Assembly: GCA_002367235.1 (NCBI GenBank)
Contig: DFBC01000112.1
Location: 1-45,787 of the forward strand
Reading direction: 5' to 3'
Source of the DNA: Cellvibrionales bacterium UBA3090
GTDB taxonomy: Bacteria; Pseudomonadota; Gammaproteobacteria; Pseudomonadales; Porticoccaceae
DNA: 45,787 bases
Part shown: positions 18,881-29,103 of the stretch, piece after piece
Layout: each line of letters opens with the position of its first letter
How positions within the stretch are numbered: position 1 is the first letter of the stretch
Translations under genes and position numbers: made by a program
Notes under the pieces: model-generated
The model's input: only the letters and a program-made list of their open reading frames with translations
Database searches by the model: none
What the model was told of the DNA's origin: nothing

Positions 18881-19206
18881 CGACAGTCTCCATCTGCTAG
18901 TTTTTTAAAGGGATGGAGTAATCTGTAGTAATGAAACAGATACTTGGTGGGATTTACTCCAATTCAACTTGAGTATAGCGCTATTGGGCTAAAAATCTTC
19001 ATTCAGCCACTTACAGCATTCCGAGAGTCGGTAGTAATCTGCTGGCTAAAACATCCAATGTCAAATGGCTTAGATACGCAGCCCCGCCCAATTATTTTCT
19101 TGTGATTTTTGTCGTAATGCTCATTCTTGAATTACATGCTAATAGATGAAATATGCTTGTAGCATCATGCTGATGTTATTTATACGATGTCTCAGGGTTG
19201 ATTGGC

Positions 19207-19683
19207 TCAATTTTTTGCCAGTAGGCACTGAGCATTCACAATACCAGGTTTGCTGGTTTTATCTATTGATATAGAGGCAATCGTTAACCCCGATTGTTGT
19301 ATAAGCTTTGATAGCCAGTGGGCTAATACTGCAAATTCCGTATCATTCAGCCAAATACGAACTTGAGTAGAACTCTCGGGCTGAAGTCTGGAAAGTTTGA
19401 TTCCACCGGCTTCAGCTGATGCTGAAATGGTTTGTAGTAAAGGCTTGTCAGATTCGTTCTTTAAAGTTTTGGGCTTGAGGGTGACTTTTGATTCATTCTC
19501 GCCGATCCAGGTCACCAGGTCGTGATTATAGGCGTATTCTTGTTTTGCTGACAGGTAGTAAGAAAGACTCGGGTTAACCAAAAGAAAATACAATAAGAGC
19601 GGTGCCAACACTGCAGCGAGTATGTTCAGTGCAAACTGTTCTTTGTCCGATAGGCTTTTGTAGTACCGGGCTATGCTCTTCAT
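19207..19683 (-). CDS. gspM: Type II secretion protein M
   Basis: LS.KEQ then TM, periplasmic domain with RLQP, F..L..WL; last gene of gsp cluster. Confidence 0.88.
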   Translation of the reverse strand: MKSIARYYKSLSDKEQFALNILAAVLAPLLLYFLLVNPSLSYYLSAKQEYAYNHDLVTWIGENESKVTLKPKTLKNESDKPLLQTISASAEAGGIKLSRLQPESSTQVRIWLNDTEFAVLAHWLSKLIQQSGLTIASISIDKTSKPGIVNAQCLLAKN

Positions 19684-20813
19684 TGGCTTGGTCTCGGTTG
19701 AATGCGCAACCTAACAACGACCCCTTCAGCATTACTGTTGGCAGAGAGTATATCTGCTATTAGGCCGCTTCCCTGGAGATGATTCTGCATAGTATTTGCG
19801 TAGTTTATTGAAGTTGTTTGAAACTCTAGTTGCAAGAAAGTGCTGTCTTGATCAAAGCGGATGTTACGAATAGTTGACAACTCATCTTGTGCTTCTTTAG
19901 CTGTTGAAAGGGCACTTAGTAATTTAAAAAATAAAGAGTCGTTTTCAGTTGCACTGGTTTGTTTTAAATGTGCCTGCATTTGACGGCGAATATCCACAAT
20001 GCGCCTGTCGTTTGGAAAAAGTGTTTTATAGTGAACCGCTGCTTGATTCTTTAATTCCTCAGATTGCTGGTTGAAGTGCCACCCCAATATTAGCAAATAG
20101 CTTATGAAGATCGCAAAACAGACACTTATAGTTATGGCAGTAGGCTTTATCCAGGCAAGTCGATTTGCTTTTCTGGGGGGAGAAAACTCACCCTGAAGAA
20201 GATTCAATGGTGCTGAGCAAGAATGACTGGCTTGCCACTGTGGGATGTTTTCAAGCTGCTGCGTGGAGAGTTCCGGGCACAGCTTTAAAAGTAAGGATCT
20301 ATCGATAGTTATTGGTAATGCCAGGCCGTTATTTGTGCTTAATCGAATTAATAGTCGTTGTTCTTTCTGAACAATATTTAGGCTATTAGGTTTAGGGAGT
20401 GTCCAGTAGTCTGGAATCATAACTAACGGTGAAATACCACACTCACCCAACAATTGAAGATAATGCCGCAGTAAATTCTTATCAATAACCGCACAGAGCA
20501 GCTTGCCATCGGCATCTCGTTTTTTTGTGGCAACAATATGTAGTGTCTCTACAGGAGCCGCTAGCTCATCTTCGAGTAAATAGGGCAGTGCCTGTGCGAG
20601 ATGGCGAAGAGAACCATTGGGAGCCGATATTTGCAGGGATAACACTTGCTCACCTGGGATAATAATCGCTACGTCACATTCGTTATAATTAGAAATGATT
20701 GATTTCAATGGCATAGTAGCGCTGTCAATAATCTGACCATTTTCTACAAATGAGAAAGCGACGCTATTGACTGGGTCGATGGAATCAAAATAGAGGTTTA
20801 GTTGCCGTGTCAT
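19680..20813 (-). CDS. gspL: Type II secretion protein L
   Basis: ALPY.LEDELA..VE.LH, IPD...LP, NLLQGEF before TM, FP...RIVD.RRQM. Confidence 0.92.
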   Translation of the reverse strand: MTRQLNLYFDSIDPVNSVAFSFVENGQIIDSATMPLKSIISNYNECDVAIIIPGEQVLSLQISAPNGSLRHLAQALPYLLEDELAAPVETLHIVATKKRDADGKLLCAVIDKNLLRHYLQLLGECGISPLVMIPDYWTLPKPNSLNIVQKEQRLLIRLSTNNGLALPITIDRSLLLKLCPELSTQQLENIPQWQASHSCSAPLNLLQGEFSPPRKANRLAWIKPTAITISVCFAIFISYLLILGWHFNQQSEELKNQAAVHYKTLFPNDRRIVDIRRQMQAHLKQTSATENDSLFFKLLSALSTAKEAQDELSTIRNIRFDQDSTFLQLEFQTTSINYANTMQNHLQGSGLIADILSANSNAEGVVVRLRIQPRPSQ

Positions 20814-21765
20814 CCTGGTTTTCTTTGTTTATGTCAGTAGTGTTAACAATGAAACGCTCACCAACGGTTCTTGCGTTAAGCGCGATATCCCCAGTTGAGC
20901 TGTCTAAATTTAGTCGTGAGAAAAGCCACAGCGTTCGGTCATTTATTGTGGTCTTGATTTTGACAGCGTAATTTGTGGAAGTCACGGTTAATAATTTATG
21001 GTCAATATTTACACCAGCCATAACATCGGCAGTAAGAAATTCTTCAACTGAAGAGTAACCGCTTGGGTGGGAATCCCGGTACCCCGCCACTTGCTGACCA
21101 GATAGGTTGGCGTTGATCAGTGATAAAACCATTTCGGGTGCTGTATTGATATTAATGGGTGTGGGTTGCTTTAGTGCTGTTATATAAGGTCTAAGTACTG
21201 GAAACTCATCTACCGGCATGTCGAAGAGTGTCATTAATTCGGAACTGCTGGCGAGGGCTTGGTTGCCAGTTCGATAGGGTACCTCCAAGGCAAGATAGTG
21301 GAAGTCCTCTGCGCCACCTGTAAGTGGCGTCATATCGCTATCCAGCCAATCGCTAAGGCTTTGGTTTAAATCGGGTTTTAATAATAGGTCATTAAATATG
21401 CGTGATATAGGTGAGTGTCTTGTATCACTGTTCAGAGCATTGTTGAGGTTGATGCGCCCCTGAAGATCAATAATTTCAATCGCCATTTGTCCTTGTTCAG
21501 GTTGGTACTTAGGTAGTAAGTTTGGAATCGGCGAGATGTTGATACCCTCTGCCTTTAAGTTAGCCTGTTGTTGCCATAAGACCTGGCGTGCCAGGGCTTC
21601 ACCTCCTAATGCGTATTGATAGGCTTGTGCTTCCGTCACTAACCAGCGAGTGCGCTCAATGTCCGCTTGGGATCTGGTGATGAGCTGTGTGGCCAATATA
21701 GTAATAATGGCAAACATCAATAGTACGCTAATCAGCGCCGCCCCTTGTTGGCGATGGTAGGTCAT
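20785..21765 (-). CDS. gspK: Type II secretion minor pseudopilin K
   Basis: QQG/AALISVL cleavage site, DLQGRINLN, DWLD.D, ININTA. Confidence 0.92.
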   Translation of the reverse strand: MTYHRQQGAALISVLLMFAIITILATQLITRSQADIERTRWLVTEAQAYQYALGGEALARQVLWQQQANLKAEGINISPIPNLLPKYQPEQGQMAIEIIDLQGRINLNNALNSDTRHSPISRIFNDLLLKPDLNQSLSDWLDSDMTPLTGGAEDFHYLALEVPYRTGNQALASSSELMTLFDMPVDEFPVLRPYITALKQPTPININTAPEMVLSLINANLSGQQVAGYRDSHPSGYSSVEEFLTADVMAGVNIDHKLLTVTSTNYAVKIKTTINDRTLWLFSRLNLDSSTGDIALNARTVGERFIVNTTDINKENQDDTATKPLF

Positions 21766-22454
21766 TGAGCGACTTCTATATCACGTAGAGCGAAGAGGCG
21801 TTCAATTTCCCCAAAAGGATCAATTCCGAGGCGAAGCATAATTCCTGCGGGTAAAGGCGCTATATCTTTTCTGCTATTTTGTGCTGTGTTTTGCGGAGTA
21901 AAGTTGTCGTTTCTTAGCGGCCAGTGAAACTGGGATTCTCCGTAATTATCAATAAATTGAACTTCAAAGTGACTGACATCACTTATAATAATCTGCTTTC
22001 GGGGCTCGGTCTCGGGTGCGCGATCTAAAACTGGCCAGTAATAGCGCACCAGTGAACTTTTCCCATTGTCACTGGGCTCCAATGTATAGGCTACACGTTG
22101 CAGAGTGCTTCTTGGCTGGTTGAGCGGGTTAACCCAGCCGCTGCGAGTCAGTGATAGGGCGTAACCCGTGATCAACGAGCTTATGGCGGCTTCGTGTTGA
22201 CCATTATTGTCACGAATAGGGCGGTCAACCAAATTGCGAATATCCCTAGCAATCAACCACGAGGCTTTTTGTAATTCGCGTAGTTGCTCAGATCGTACTT
22301 CCAGCCGTTGTTTTGAGGTGGTAACGTGATGGAGTACCTGCCAACAACCGAGTCCGATAACTGCAAAAATCGCGATAGCAATCATCACTTCCAGTAGTGT
22401 AAAACCCCTCGATGCTCTCTTTTGTTCAGCGTAAGGCTTTAAAGGGTGCGCCAT
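21762..22454 (-). CDS. gspJ: Type II secretion minor pseudopilin J
   Basis: G/FTLLEVMIA, R.GW.NP...PRS.LQRV.Y, R.YW.VLD. Confidence 0.93.
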   Translation of the reverse strand: MAHPLKPYAEQKRASRGFTLLEVMIAIAIFAVIGLGCWQVLHHVTTSKQRLEVRSEQLRELQKASWLIARDIRNLVDRPIRDNNGQHEAAISSLITGYALSLTRSGWVNPLNQPRSTLQRVAYTLEPSDNGKSSLVRYYWPVLDRAPETEPRKQIIISDVSHFEVQFIDNYGESQFHWPLRNDNFTPQNTAQNSRKDIAPLPAGIMLRLGIDPFGEIERLFALRDIEVAQ

Positions 22455-22819
22455 TAGTGCTCACCCATAAAACCGCTCAAGGACACAAGGGGAGCCGGTT
22501 GGTTCTTCCGTGATACATGCAGCGTTATCTTTCGCAACATGGGGTTTGCTGTTGTGTCGACTAATTGTTGGACGCTCCACTCTCTTTGGCCAAGGGTAAC
22601 CACAGTTTGAGAAGTGCCCGTATTCGGCCAGTTAGCTTGTAGGCGTAAGGATGCAAAATTGTTTTCAGCGACCCAAAGTGCCAACGTTTTATCTTCCAGT
22701 TGAGCTTGCTGGTGAATACTACGCGATGTCTGTTCTAGGATCGCTAGAGCGCAGACACCAAAAATGACCAGTGCAATCATCACTTCTAGTAGCGTGAAGC
22801 CTTCTACATTGGGTTTCAT
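22454..22819 (-). CDS. gspI: Type II secretion minor pseudopilin I
   Basis: G/FTLLEVMIAL, LEDKTLA.WVAEN. Confidence 0.93.
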   Translation of the reverse strand: MKPNVEGFTLLEVMIALVIFGVCALAILEQTSRSIHQQAQLEDKTLALWVAENNFASLRLQANWPNTGTSQTVVTLGQREWSVQQLVDTTANPMLRKITLHVSRKNQPAPLVSLSGFMGEH

Positions 22820-23364
22820 GGAGCCGTGTCTAAATAATGGATAGCAGTAAATCCGTTGCCGTATAAGCTGATAGGTGTGAGATCTTTATCGCTTAGGGTG
22901 ATTTTGAATGGCGAGTATTCTCCGCTGCTGAGGAAGATAATATTAGGAATTACTGCGCCTTCACTGGCTTCACTTTCGGCAGATAATTCCCTTTTATTTG
23001 AGTCGGAGCGCTCGATGATAAGGGAGGATGGTACTTTTATTTGATAAGAGGAAAATAGTGCTTGTTCTAATGATTCCCAATTATTTTCATGATCGAGCTG
23101 CCTAAATTCGTAATGGTTTTGTTTTTTATCATAGAACCAAGCAATTGTTTCCTGCTGCATTAATGAGGCGTCCGCTGCCTGGTTTAAAGCTAGGCTCAAC
23201 CGGTCGGCTTCAGCTGATAAACGCCGTTGATCAACAGCTCCGAAGGACAGAGTGACCACTCCTGCAAGAATACCGATTATGGTGATAACAATCAGTAGTT
23301 CCAGTAGTGTAAAGCCGAGTTGGCTTACAATATTTGAGGGTTGTTGCTGGATCACAGCTCCCAA
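22816..23364 (-). CDS. gspH: Type II secretion minor pseudopilin H
   Basis: G/FTLLELLIV, P.IIF.SSGE.SPF; exact start uncertain. Confidence 0.88.
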   Translation of the reverse strand: MGAVIQQQPSNIVSQLGFTLLELLIVITIIGILAGVVTLSFGAVDQRRLSAEADRLSLALNQAADASLMQQETIAWFYDKKQNHYEFRQLDHENNWESLEQALFSSYQIKVPSSLIIERSDSNKRELSAESEASEGAVIPNIIFLSSGEYSPFKITLSDKDLTPISLYGNGFTAIHYLDTAP

Positions 23365-23777
23365 CTCAATATATCACTGCCAGGGCCCTCGCCACCTTCC
23401 TTACCGTCGGCCCCCTGAGAATATAAGTCGTAGGGACCGTGGGTACCAGGGCTTATGTATAGGTAATTATTGCCCCAGGGATCAGTGGGTAGTTTGGGCA
23501 GGTAACCTTCCGGGTTCCAGTTTTTGGCTTCCGGGAAGCCACCGGGTTTGTCTGCTAAAGCTTCTAGCCCTTGGTCGGTTGACGGGTAGTTAAAGTTGTC
23601 AAGCCGATAGAGGTTCAGGGCATTGCCAATGGCGCGTATATCGCTTTTTGCAGCAGTAACCCGAGCCTCACCGGTTCGACCCATAATGTTGGGGACAATT
23701 AAAGCACCGAGAATACCCAAAATTACGACGACGACCATAATTTCGATCAGTGTAAAACCGTTCTGTTTTTTGTTCAT
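23352..23777 (-). CDS. gspG: Type II secretion major pseudopilin G
   Basis: G/FTLIEIMVVVVILG, AL.LYRLDN..YP...QGL.AL, LP.DPWG..Y.Y..PG. Confidence 0.96.
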   Translation of the reverse strand: MNKKQNGFTLIEIMVVVVILGILGALIVPNIMGRTGEARVTAAKSDIRAIGNALNLYRLDNFNYPSTDQGLEALADKPGGFPEAKNWNPEGYLPKLPTDPWGNNYLYISPGTHGPYDLYSQGADGKEGGEGPGSDILSWEL

Positions 23778-24988
23778 CACTGTACCAATTGATTGAGGTT
23801 GAGAATGGGCAGTAGAACCGCCAATACTATAGTTAACACAATAGCCCCCATTGCTAATAGAGTCATGGGTTCAAACATCCCCACTAACATGGCAACACGC
23901 TGTTGTAGATCATTCTCCTGGCTCTGCGCAGCACGTTGGAGCATCTCGGAGAGTTCACCACTTTGCTCGCCACTGGCGATGAGCTGGAGCATCATTGGGG
24001 GGAAATAAGTTGTTTCTTCTAACGCGCGGTTCAAGCTAATCCCTTCCTCAACTTTACTATGCGCCACACCAGTCGCAGCCTTGAAACAGGTATTTGATAT
24101 GACAGAAGAGGCGATAGGCATCGCTTCTGCTAAAGGGATGCCACTACGACTGAGAATAGCCAACGTACTGATGTAGCGCGCAGCATTACTACCGCGACTG
24201 TAACGTTTTATTACCCAAAAATTGAGTAATTGTCGGTGCCAGCGTAACTGAGAGCTCGGCTGTTGCAGTAGGAGCTTTGCGCCAATAAAAAGACTTATCA
24301 ATACTAAAAGTAACCAATGGCCCCAGTTGGATAAGAAAAAGCTGATGTCCACTAATACTTGGGTTAATAGTGGTAATTGCTGGCCGGCATCCACAATTAC
24401 TTGCACGATGTCGGGTACCACATAGACCATTAAACCCACGACAATCAGTAGTGACATAATTAATAAGATAATCGGATAGACCAAGGCTAATTGTATTTTT
24501 TGCCGAAACTGTTGTTGTGACTCGGTATAGTCGGCGAGTCGGTTCAGCACCATGTCGAGATGCCCGGAATGCTCGCCAGCCTGGACCGTTGAACGATATA
24601 GATCTGGAAAAGCGCGGGGAAAGGGCTGCAGGCTGTCGGCAAAACTGTAGCCCTCTCGAACCTTAGCGCGCACGGCGAGAACAATCCGGCGTGTACCGTG
24701 GCGTTCGGATTGTTTGGCAACTGCCTGTAAACAGGTTTCCAGGGGCATTCCCGCTTGAATGAGGGTGGCAAGCTGCCGGGTGATCATGGCCAGCTCAGCA
24801 CCAGGCAGGGCGTTGGTGCTGAAAATACTATTGCTCTTTTCAGTGCGCTGTTTTGTTTCATGTACTTCCAGTGGTGTCAGGCCTTTTGCTCTCAATTGCT
24901 GACGTGCACCACGTGGGCTGTCGGCCTCTAAAGCGCCACGTGTTTTCCGGCCTGTAGTATTGAGCGCAAGATAATCAAAAGCCGGCAT
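23777..24988 (-). CDS. gspF: Type II secretion inner-membrane platform protein F
   Basis: EADSPR.ARQ.LR, TRQLATL..AG.PL, AGE.SG.L, three TMs, FEP. Confidence 0.95.
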   Translation of the reverse strand: MPAFDYLALNTTGRKTRGALEADSPRGARQQLRAKGLTPLEVHETKQRTEKSNSIFSTNALPGAELAMITRQLATLIQAGMPLETCLQAVAKQSERHGTRRIVLAVRAKVREGYSFADSLQPFPRAFPDLYRSTVQAGEHSGHLDMVLNRLADYTESQQQFRQKIQLALVYPIILLIMSLLIVVGLMVYVVPDIVQVIVDAGQQLPLLTQVLVDISFFLSNWGHWLLLVLISLFIGAKLLLQQPSSQLRWHRQLLNFWVIKRYSRGSNAARYISTLAILSRSGIPLAEAMPIASSVISNTCFKAATGVAHSKVEEGISLNRALEETTYFPPMMLQLIASGEQSGELSEMLQRAAQSQENDLQQRVAMLVGMFEPMTLLAMGAIVLTIVLAVLLPILNLNQLVQ

Positions 24989-24990
24989 AA

Positions 24991-26463
24991 TTAAACGTCC
25001 TGCGTCACACGCAAAATTTCTTCCAGGCTGGTGATGCCTGTCAGTACGTGCTTGCGGCCATCATCGGCAATACCTGGAGCTTGGTGGCGAGCCTCACGAC
25101 TTAAATCTGCTTCAGAGGCTTTGTCGTGGATGAGGCTGCGCAAGCTATCATTGATGACGATTAACTCATAAATACCGCTGCGGCCTTTGTAACCCTGTCC
25201 ATTACAGTTGTCGCAGCCACTCACCGAGGGACGATAAATAAGTACCTCGCTATTGGTCTCAATATTAAGTAGCTCGCACTCACCTTCGTTAGGGCGGTGC
25301 CCTTGTCTACAGTCATGACAGAGCGTTCGGACTAGGCGCTGAGCCAAAACACCGACAACACTGGAGGCCAGTAAAAAGGGCTCGACGCCCATATCCTCAA
25401 GCCGTGTAATAGCGCCTATGGCGGTATTGGTGTGTAGTGTAGATAACACTAAATGCCCAGTTAAGCTTGCCTGAATAGCAACTTGTGCCGTTTCTAAGTC
25501 GCGAATTTCACCCACCATAACCACATCGGGGTCTTGGCGCAGAATAGCCCTTAAACCCTTGGCAAAGGTCATGCCCGCCTTTAGATTTACCTGGGTTTGA
25601 CCAATGCCTTCTAGGTCGTATTCAACAGGGTCTTCAATGGTAAGAATATTACTATTACCAGTTTGAATACTTTGCAACCCCGCGTAGAGAGTCGTCGTTT
25701 TTCCAGATCCGGTCGGGCCAGTCACCAGAAGAATTCCATGGGGGCGGCTGAGTAGGGTGTTGAGCCGATCGCGATCGGCCCCACGCATACCCAATGCCGA
25801 GAAATCAAGGCGCCCTGCCTGCTTGTCCAGCAAGCGCAATACCACGCGCTCGCTATTATTGGATGGCATGGTGGAGACACGCACATCGACTTCACGTCCG
25901 GCAACCTTTAGTCCAATACGCCCATCTTGTGGTACTCGCTTTTCGGCAATATCGAGCTTTGCCATGACCTTAATTCTAGAAATAAGCAAGGGAGCCAAAG
26001 AGCGGTTGGGTTCTAAGACTTCACGCAATATGCCATCGACCCGAAATCGAATTAACATACGTGTTTCAAAGGTTTCAATATGGATATCCGATGCACTTTG
26101 CTTTATGGCCTCGGTGAGCATGGCGTTGATCAGGCGAATAATCGGCGCTTCGTCCTCTTGTTCCATTAAGTCTTCAATTTTGGGTACTGCATCGGCCAGT
26201 GAGGTTAAATTGAGCCCGTCACCAATATCAGCCGCGAGGCTTTCGGCGCTGTGGTCGCGCGCCTGGTACAGTAGGGCAAGTTCATCATCAAACGCTACTT
26301 GATCAATGGCTTCAAAAGCAACACGAGTCTGAGCAAAGCGCTGTGCTTCAGTTAATGCAGAGAGTTGTGCTGTGGGTGAGAATCGAAGATTAGCAATGCC
26401 GTCACACTCAGAGAGTAATACCTGATGGCGCTTAGCGAAGTTGTAAGGTAGCTTTTGATTCAT
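24991..26463 (-). CDS. gspE: Type II secretion ATPase E
   Basis: ASDIHIE, DIAEKRVPQDGR, Walker A GPTGSGKTT, LRQDPDVVMVGEIRD, TGHLVLSTLHTN, CxxC..CxxC. Confidence 0.97.
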   Translation of the reverse strand: MNQKLPYNFAKRHQVLLSECDGIANLRFSPTAQLSALTEAQRFAQTRVAFEAIDQVAFDDELALLYQARDHSAESLAADIGDGLNLTSLADAVPKIEDLMEQEDEAPIIRLINAMLTEAIKQSASDIHIETFETRMLIRFRVDGILREVLEPNRSLAPLLISRIKVMAKLDIAEKRVPQDGRIGLKVAGREVDVRVSTMPSNNSERVVLRLLDKQAGRLDFSALGMRGADRDRLNTLLSRPHGILLVTGPTGSGKTTTLYAGLQSIQTGNSNILTIEDPVEYDLEGIGQTQVNLKAGMTFAKGLRAILRQDPDVVMVGEIRDLETAQVAIQASLTGHLVLSTLHTNTAIGAITRLEDMGVEPFLLASSVVGVLAQRLVRTLCHDCRQGHRPNEGECELLNIETNSEVLIYRPSVSGCDNCNGQGYKGRSGIYELIVINDSLRSLIHDKASEADLSREARHQAPGIADDGRKHVLTGITSLEEILRVTQDV

Positions 26464-26473
26464 TCTGGCAACG

Positions 26474-28381
26474 TTACTGGGGTTGCACTGCGGACTTGGG
26501 CGTTAATTCAGGCAGCATGGGTGAAGAGCCGGGAAGCCAGAATTGTTCCACATTGACATCATACTGCTCTTGTATACCTCTCATCTGATTGTAGCGGTCG
26601 AGGCTTAAGGTGCGTCGACTTGCTTGGTTTTGAATTATGCGAGGGTGAATAAAAACCATTAAGTTCTTTTTGACAATTGAGGTGCTTTTACTTTTAAACA
26701 AGTTGCCAAGAATAGGGATGTCACCGAGGATTGGCACCTTGCTTTCGTTATTTGTAACCTCGTCGCGTATCAGGCCGCCAAGTACCAAAACTTCATCATC
26801 AGCGATCAATACGCGGGTTTTGATCTCCCGTTTACTGGTAATAATATCTGCTGTATTGGCGGAAGTTTGACTAATGCTTTCGACGGATTGTTGAATATCC
26901 AATGTCACCGAGTTGTCATTATTGATGCGAGGTTTGACTTTTAGAATGAGGCCGATATCGTGTCGCTCAATTGTTTGGAAGGGGTCTATGTCACCGGCTC
27001 TTTGCTGAGAGCCCGTAATAAATGGCACGTTTTCACCCACTAGAATTTCAGCTTCTTCGTTATCAAGGGAAAGAATCGTTGGCGTAGACAAAACGTTGGC
27101 ATTGGTTTCGCCAGTTAGCATGTTAATAATGCCTCGCAAGCTGCCACCGCGGAAGTAACCCAATGACAGTCCAGTGCCAAGATTGAGTAGACCGTTATCA
27201 CCCAGGCTTAGAGGTGTTACATTGCTGGGAAATTCGCTAAAACCACCGACGACGCCTTCACCCGTGCTGGCTGGGTTGCTTTGCCATTCAATACCAATGT
27301 TGTGGGCAAGGTCTTCACCCACCTCTACAATCAGGGCTTCAACCAATACTTGAGCGCGAGGTATATCAAGGTGGGCAATGACCCCGCGCATGGTAGCGAG
27401 AAGTGAGGGCGGAGCGGTTATTATCAGGGCATTGAGCTGCTCGTGAGCTTCAATGCTGATATCGACATTGATAAGGCCCTGCGCTTTAGTCCCTTTTTGC
27501 ACACTTCCACTGACACTCTGTAATATTGGCACTAAATCGGTGGCAGTGGCGTACTGTATTCGTATGACTTGAGTATTGCCGTCGCCGTCCAAAGGTTTAT
27601 CAAGTCGTTTGATTAGTGAGTGAATCTGTTGACGGGTAACGGGGTCGCCGGTCATTAAAATACTGTTGGAGCGTTCATCTACCGCTAAATTAAAAGGCGA
27701 AATACCTTGATCTTGCCCGCCACCTTTTTTAGGTAGTAGCTTATTTAACACACTGATAATATCTTTGGCGTCGGCAAATTCAATGCTTATCAATTCGATG
27801 CTAATCGTTCCCACCTGGTCAATGCGATCAATAATATTGAGGAGCTTCTGAATATTGCTAGCACGGTCGGCAATGATCATGGTATTAGTTTGAGGGTAGG
27901 CTGCTAGATAACTTGTTTGTGGCACAAGTGGGCGGAGTAAGGTAATGACATTTGCTGCCGAAATGTTTTTCACGCGCACTACTTGAATTACAATATTTTC
28001 GCCGGACAGGGCGGCTGAACTATCAGTGAGTGGAATAGGAGACTGCTTGGCCTGTGCATCGGGGATGACCTTTAGTGAATCACCTTCCTCGACAATTGCC
28101 AGCCCATGTACCTGTAATACTGAAAGGAATACGTCATAGGCTTCCCTTTCGTTCATGGGCTCGCCCGCAATAACGGTAACGCGGCCTTGAACGTTTGGGT
28201 GAAGAATAATATTTTTATCGGTAACCTCCGATGCCCAGCGTATTAAATCGGCGACATCGGCATTGTCGAGCGAGAGCGTGATACCGTTGTTATTTTCAGC
28301 TCGCAAGCCAAAAGGGGAGAGTGCTGAGGCGATTAAACAGCACAGTAAAATGTATTTATTTAATTTTGTCATTTGCGGCAT
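26474..28381 (-). CDS. gspD: Type II secretion secretin D
   Basis: Signal peptide, N domains, LD.PRAQVLVEALIVE, NVLSTP...LDN.EA...VG..VP, KVP.LGDIP.LG.LF. Confidence 0.96.
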   Translation of the reverse strand: MPQMTKLNKYILLCCLIASALSPFGLRAENNNGITLSLDNADVADLIRWASEVTDKNIILHPNVQGRVTVIAGEPMNEREAYDVFLSVLQVHGLAIVEEGDSLKVIPDAQAKQSPIPLTDSSAALSGENIVIQVVRVKNISAANVITLLRPLVPQTSYLAAYPQTNTMIIADRASNIQKLLNIIDRIDQVGTISIELISIEFADAKDIISVLNKLLPKKGGGQDQGISPFNLAVDERSNSILMTGDPVTRQQIHSLIKRLDKPLDGDGNTQVIRIQYATATDLVPILQSVSGSVQKGTKAQGLINVDISIEAHEQLNALIITAPPSLLATMRGVIAHLDIPRAQVLVEALIVEVGEDLAHNIGIEWQSNPASTGEGVVGGFSEFPSNVTPLSLGDNGLLNLGTGLSLGYFRGGSLRGIINMLTGETNANVLSTPTILSLDNEEAEILVGENVPFITGSQQRAGDIDPFQTIERHDIGLILKVKPRINNDNSVTLDIQQSVESISQTSANTADIITSKREIKTRVLIADDEVLVLGGLIRDEVTNNESKVPILGDIPILGNLFKSKSTSIVKKNLMVFIHPRIIQNQASRRTLSLDRYNQMRGIQEQYDVNVEQFWLPGSSPMLPELTPKSAVQPQ

Positions 28382-28392
28382 CTGAACTTATT

Positions 28393-29043
28393 TTAATTTT
28401 TCCGTTGATTGGCTCGAAGTTTCTCAAGCCGCTCTTGTAGTTTGATTTTGTGTTGGTTTGCAATCTGTGAACTCGGCTTTGTATAGCCACTGTTAATGTG
28501 GGTTGTGGTGGAAGGTTGGTTGGGGCTTATTGTTGTGTGTGCTAATTTCTGAGATGTGTTAGCGAGTCTTTCGTGCTGCTCGGATAGCAATGGCAGTTTT
28601 AAAATCTCATCCTGGCCATTTCTTCGAAGGGTGACAATACCTGGTTCGATACTGACAATTGATGCGCCTGGGCTAACATCATCGCCCAAAAAATAACGTA
28701 CAGTTAAGCCTTTATTTGCATTAATGAGCGCGCTCTGACGGCCTTCTTCATTATGGGTGAAAGTCCCTTTTAGAATGAGTTGAAGGCGCGTTTCAGGTAA
28801 ATCGCTGGCGATGGGAGTAGATTGTGGCTTGAGAGTGCCGAATAAACTAGTAACATTAACCTGTGGCTCGACATCGCTTTCATTGGGATTCTTGATAGTG
28901 ACACTTGAGGTTCTTTCTTCAAGCTGAGGCCGGAATAGCACTGTGTAGTCAGCATAGGAAAGCCCTGCAAGACATGCAGCGGTGATGATTACTATCCCGA
29001 ATGAGGGCAGCGCTGCTAACAGTCCTTTAGGCATTGCCATCAC
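28393..29043 (-). CDS. gspC: Type II secretion protein C (no PDZ domain)
   Basis: TM, LFG, LPET.LQL.L.G, V.L.RNG..E.L.L HR domain, short helical tail. Confidence 0.85.
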   Translation of the reverse strand: MMAMPKGLLAALPSFGIVIITAACLAGLSYADYTVLFRPQLEERTSSVTIKNPNESDVEPQVNVTSLFGTLKPQSTPIASDLPETRLQLILKGTFTHNEEGRQSALINANKGLTVRYFLGDDVSPGASIVSIEPGIVTLRRNGQDEILKLPLLSEQHERLANTSQKLAHTTISPNQPSTTTHINSGYTKPSSQIANQHKIKLQERLEKLRANQRKN

Positions 29044-29103
29044 TCCTTATTCCGAATAAGAAATTAGCCATTGTACCTGCAGAGGAGACTACGGTGTACC
29101 TGT

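Noticed and set aside
18881-19206. Possible att site, tRNA or intrinsic terminator at the traG/T2SS junction
   Set aside because: No tRNA-like fold, integrase or GC-rich stem with U-tract recognised; only short imperfect palindromes
20785-26463. Pilin-like genes as a conjugative type IV pilus operon
   Set aside because: GspG/I/J/K/L-specific motifs and C-to-M gene order identify a T2SS; no PilT
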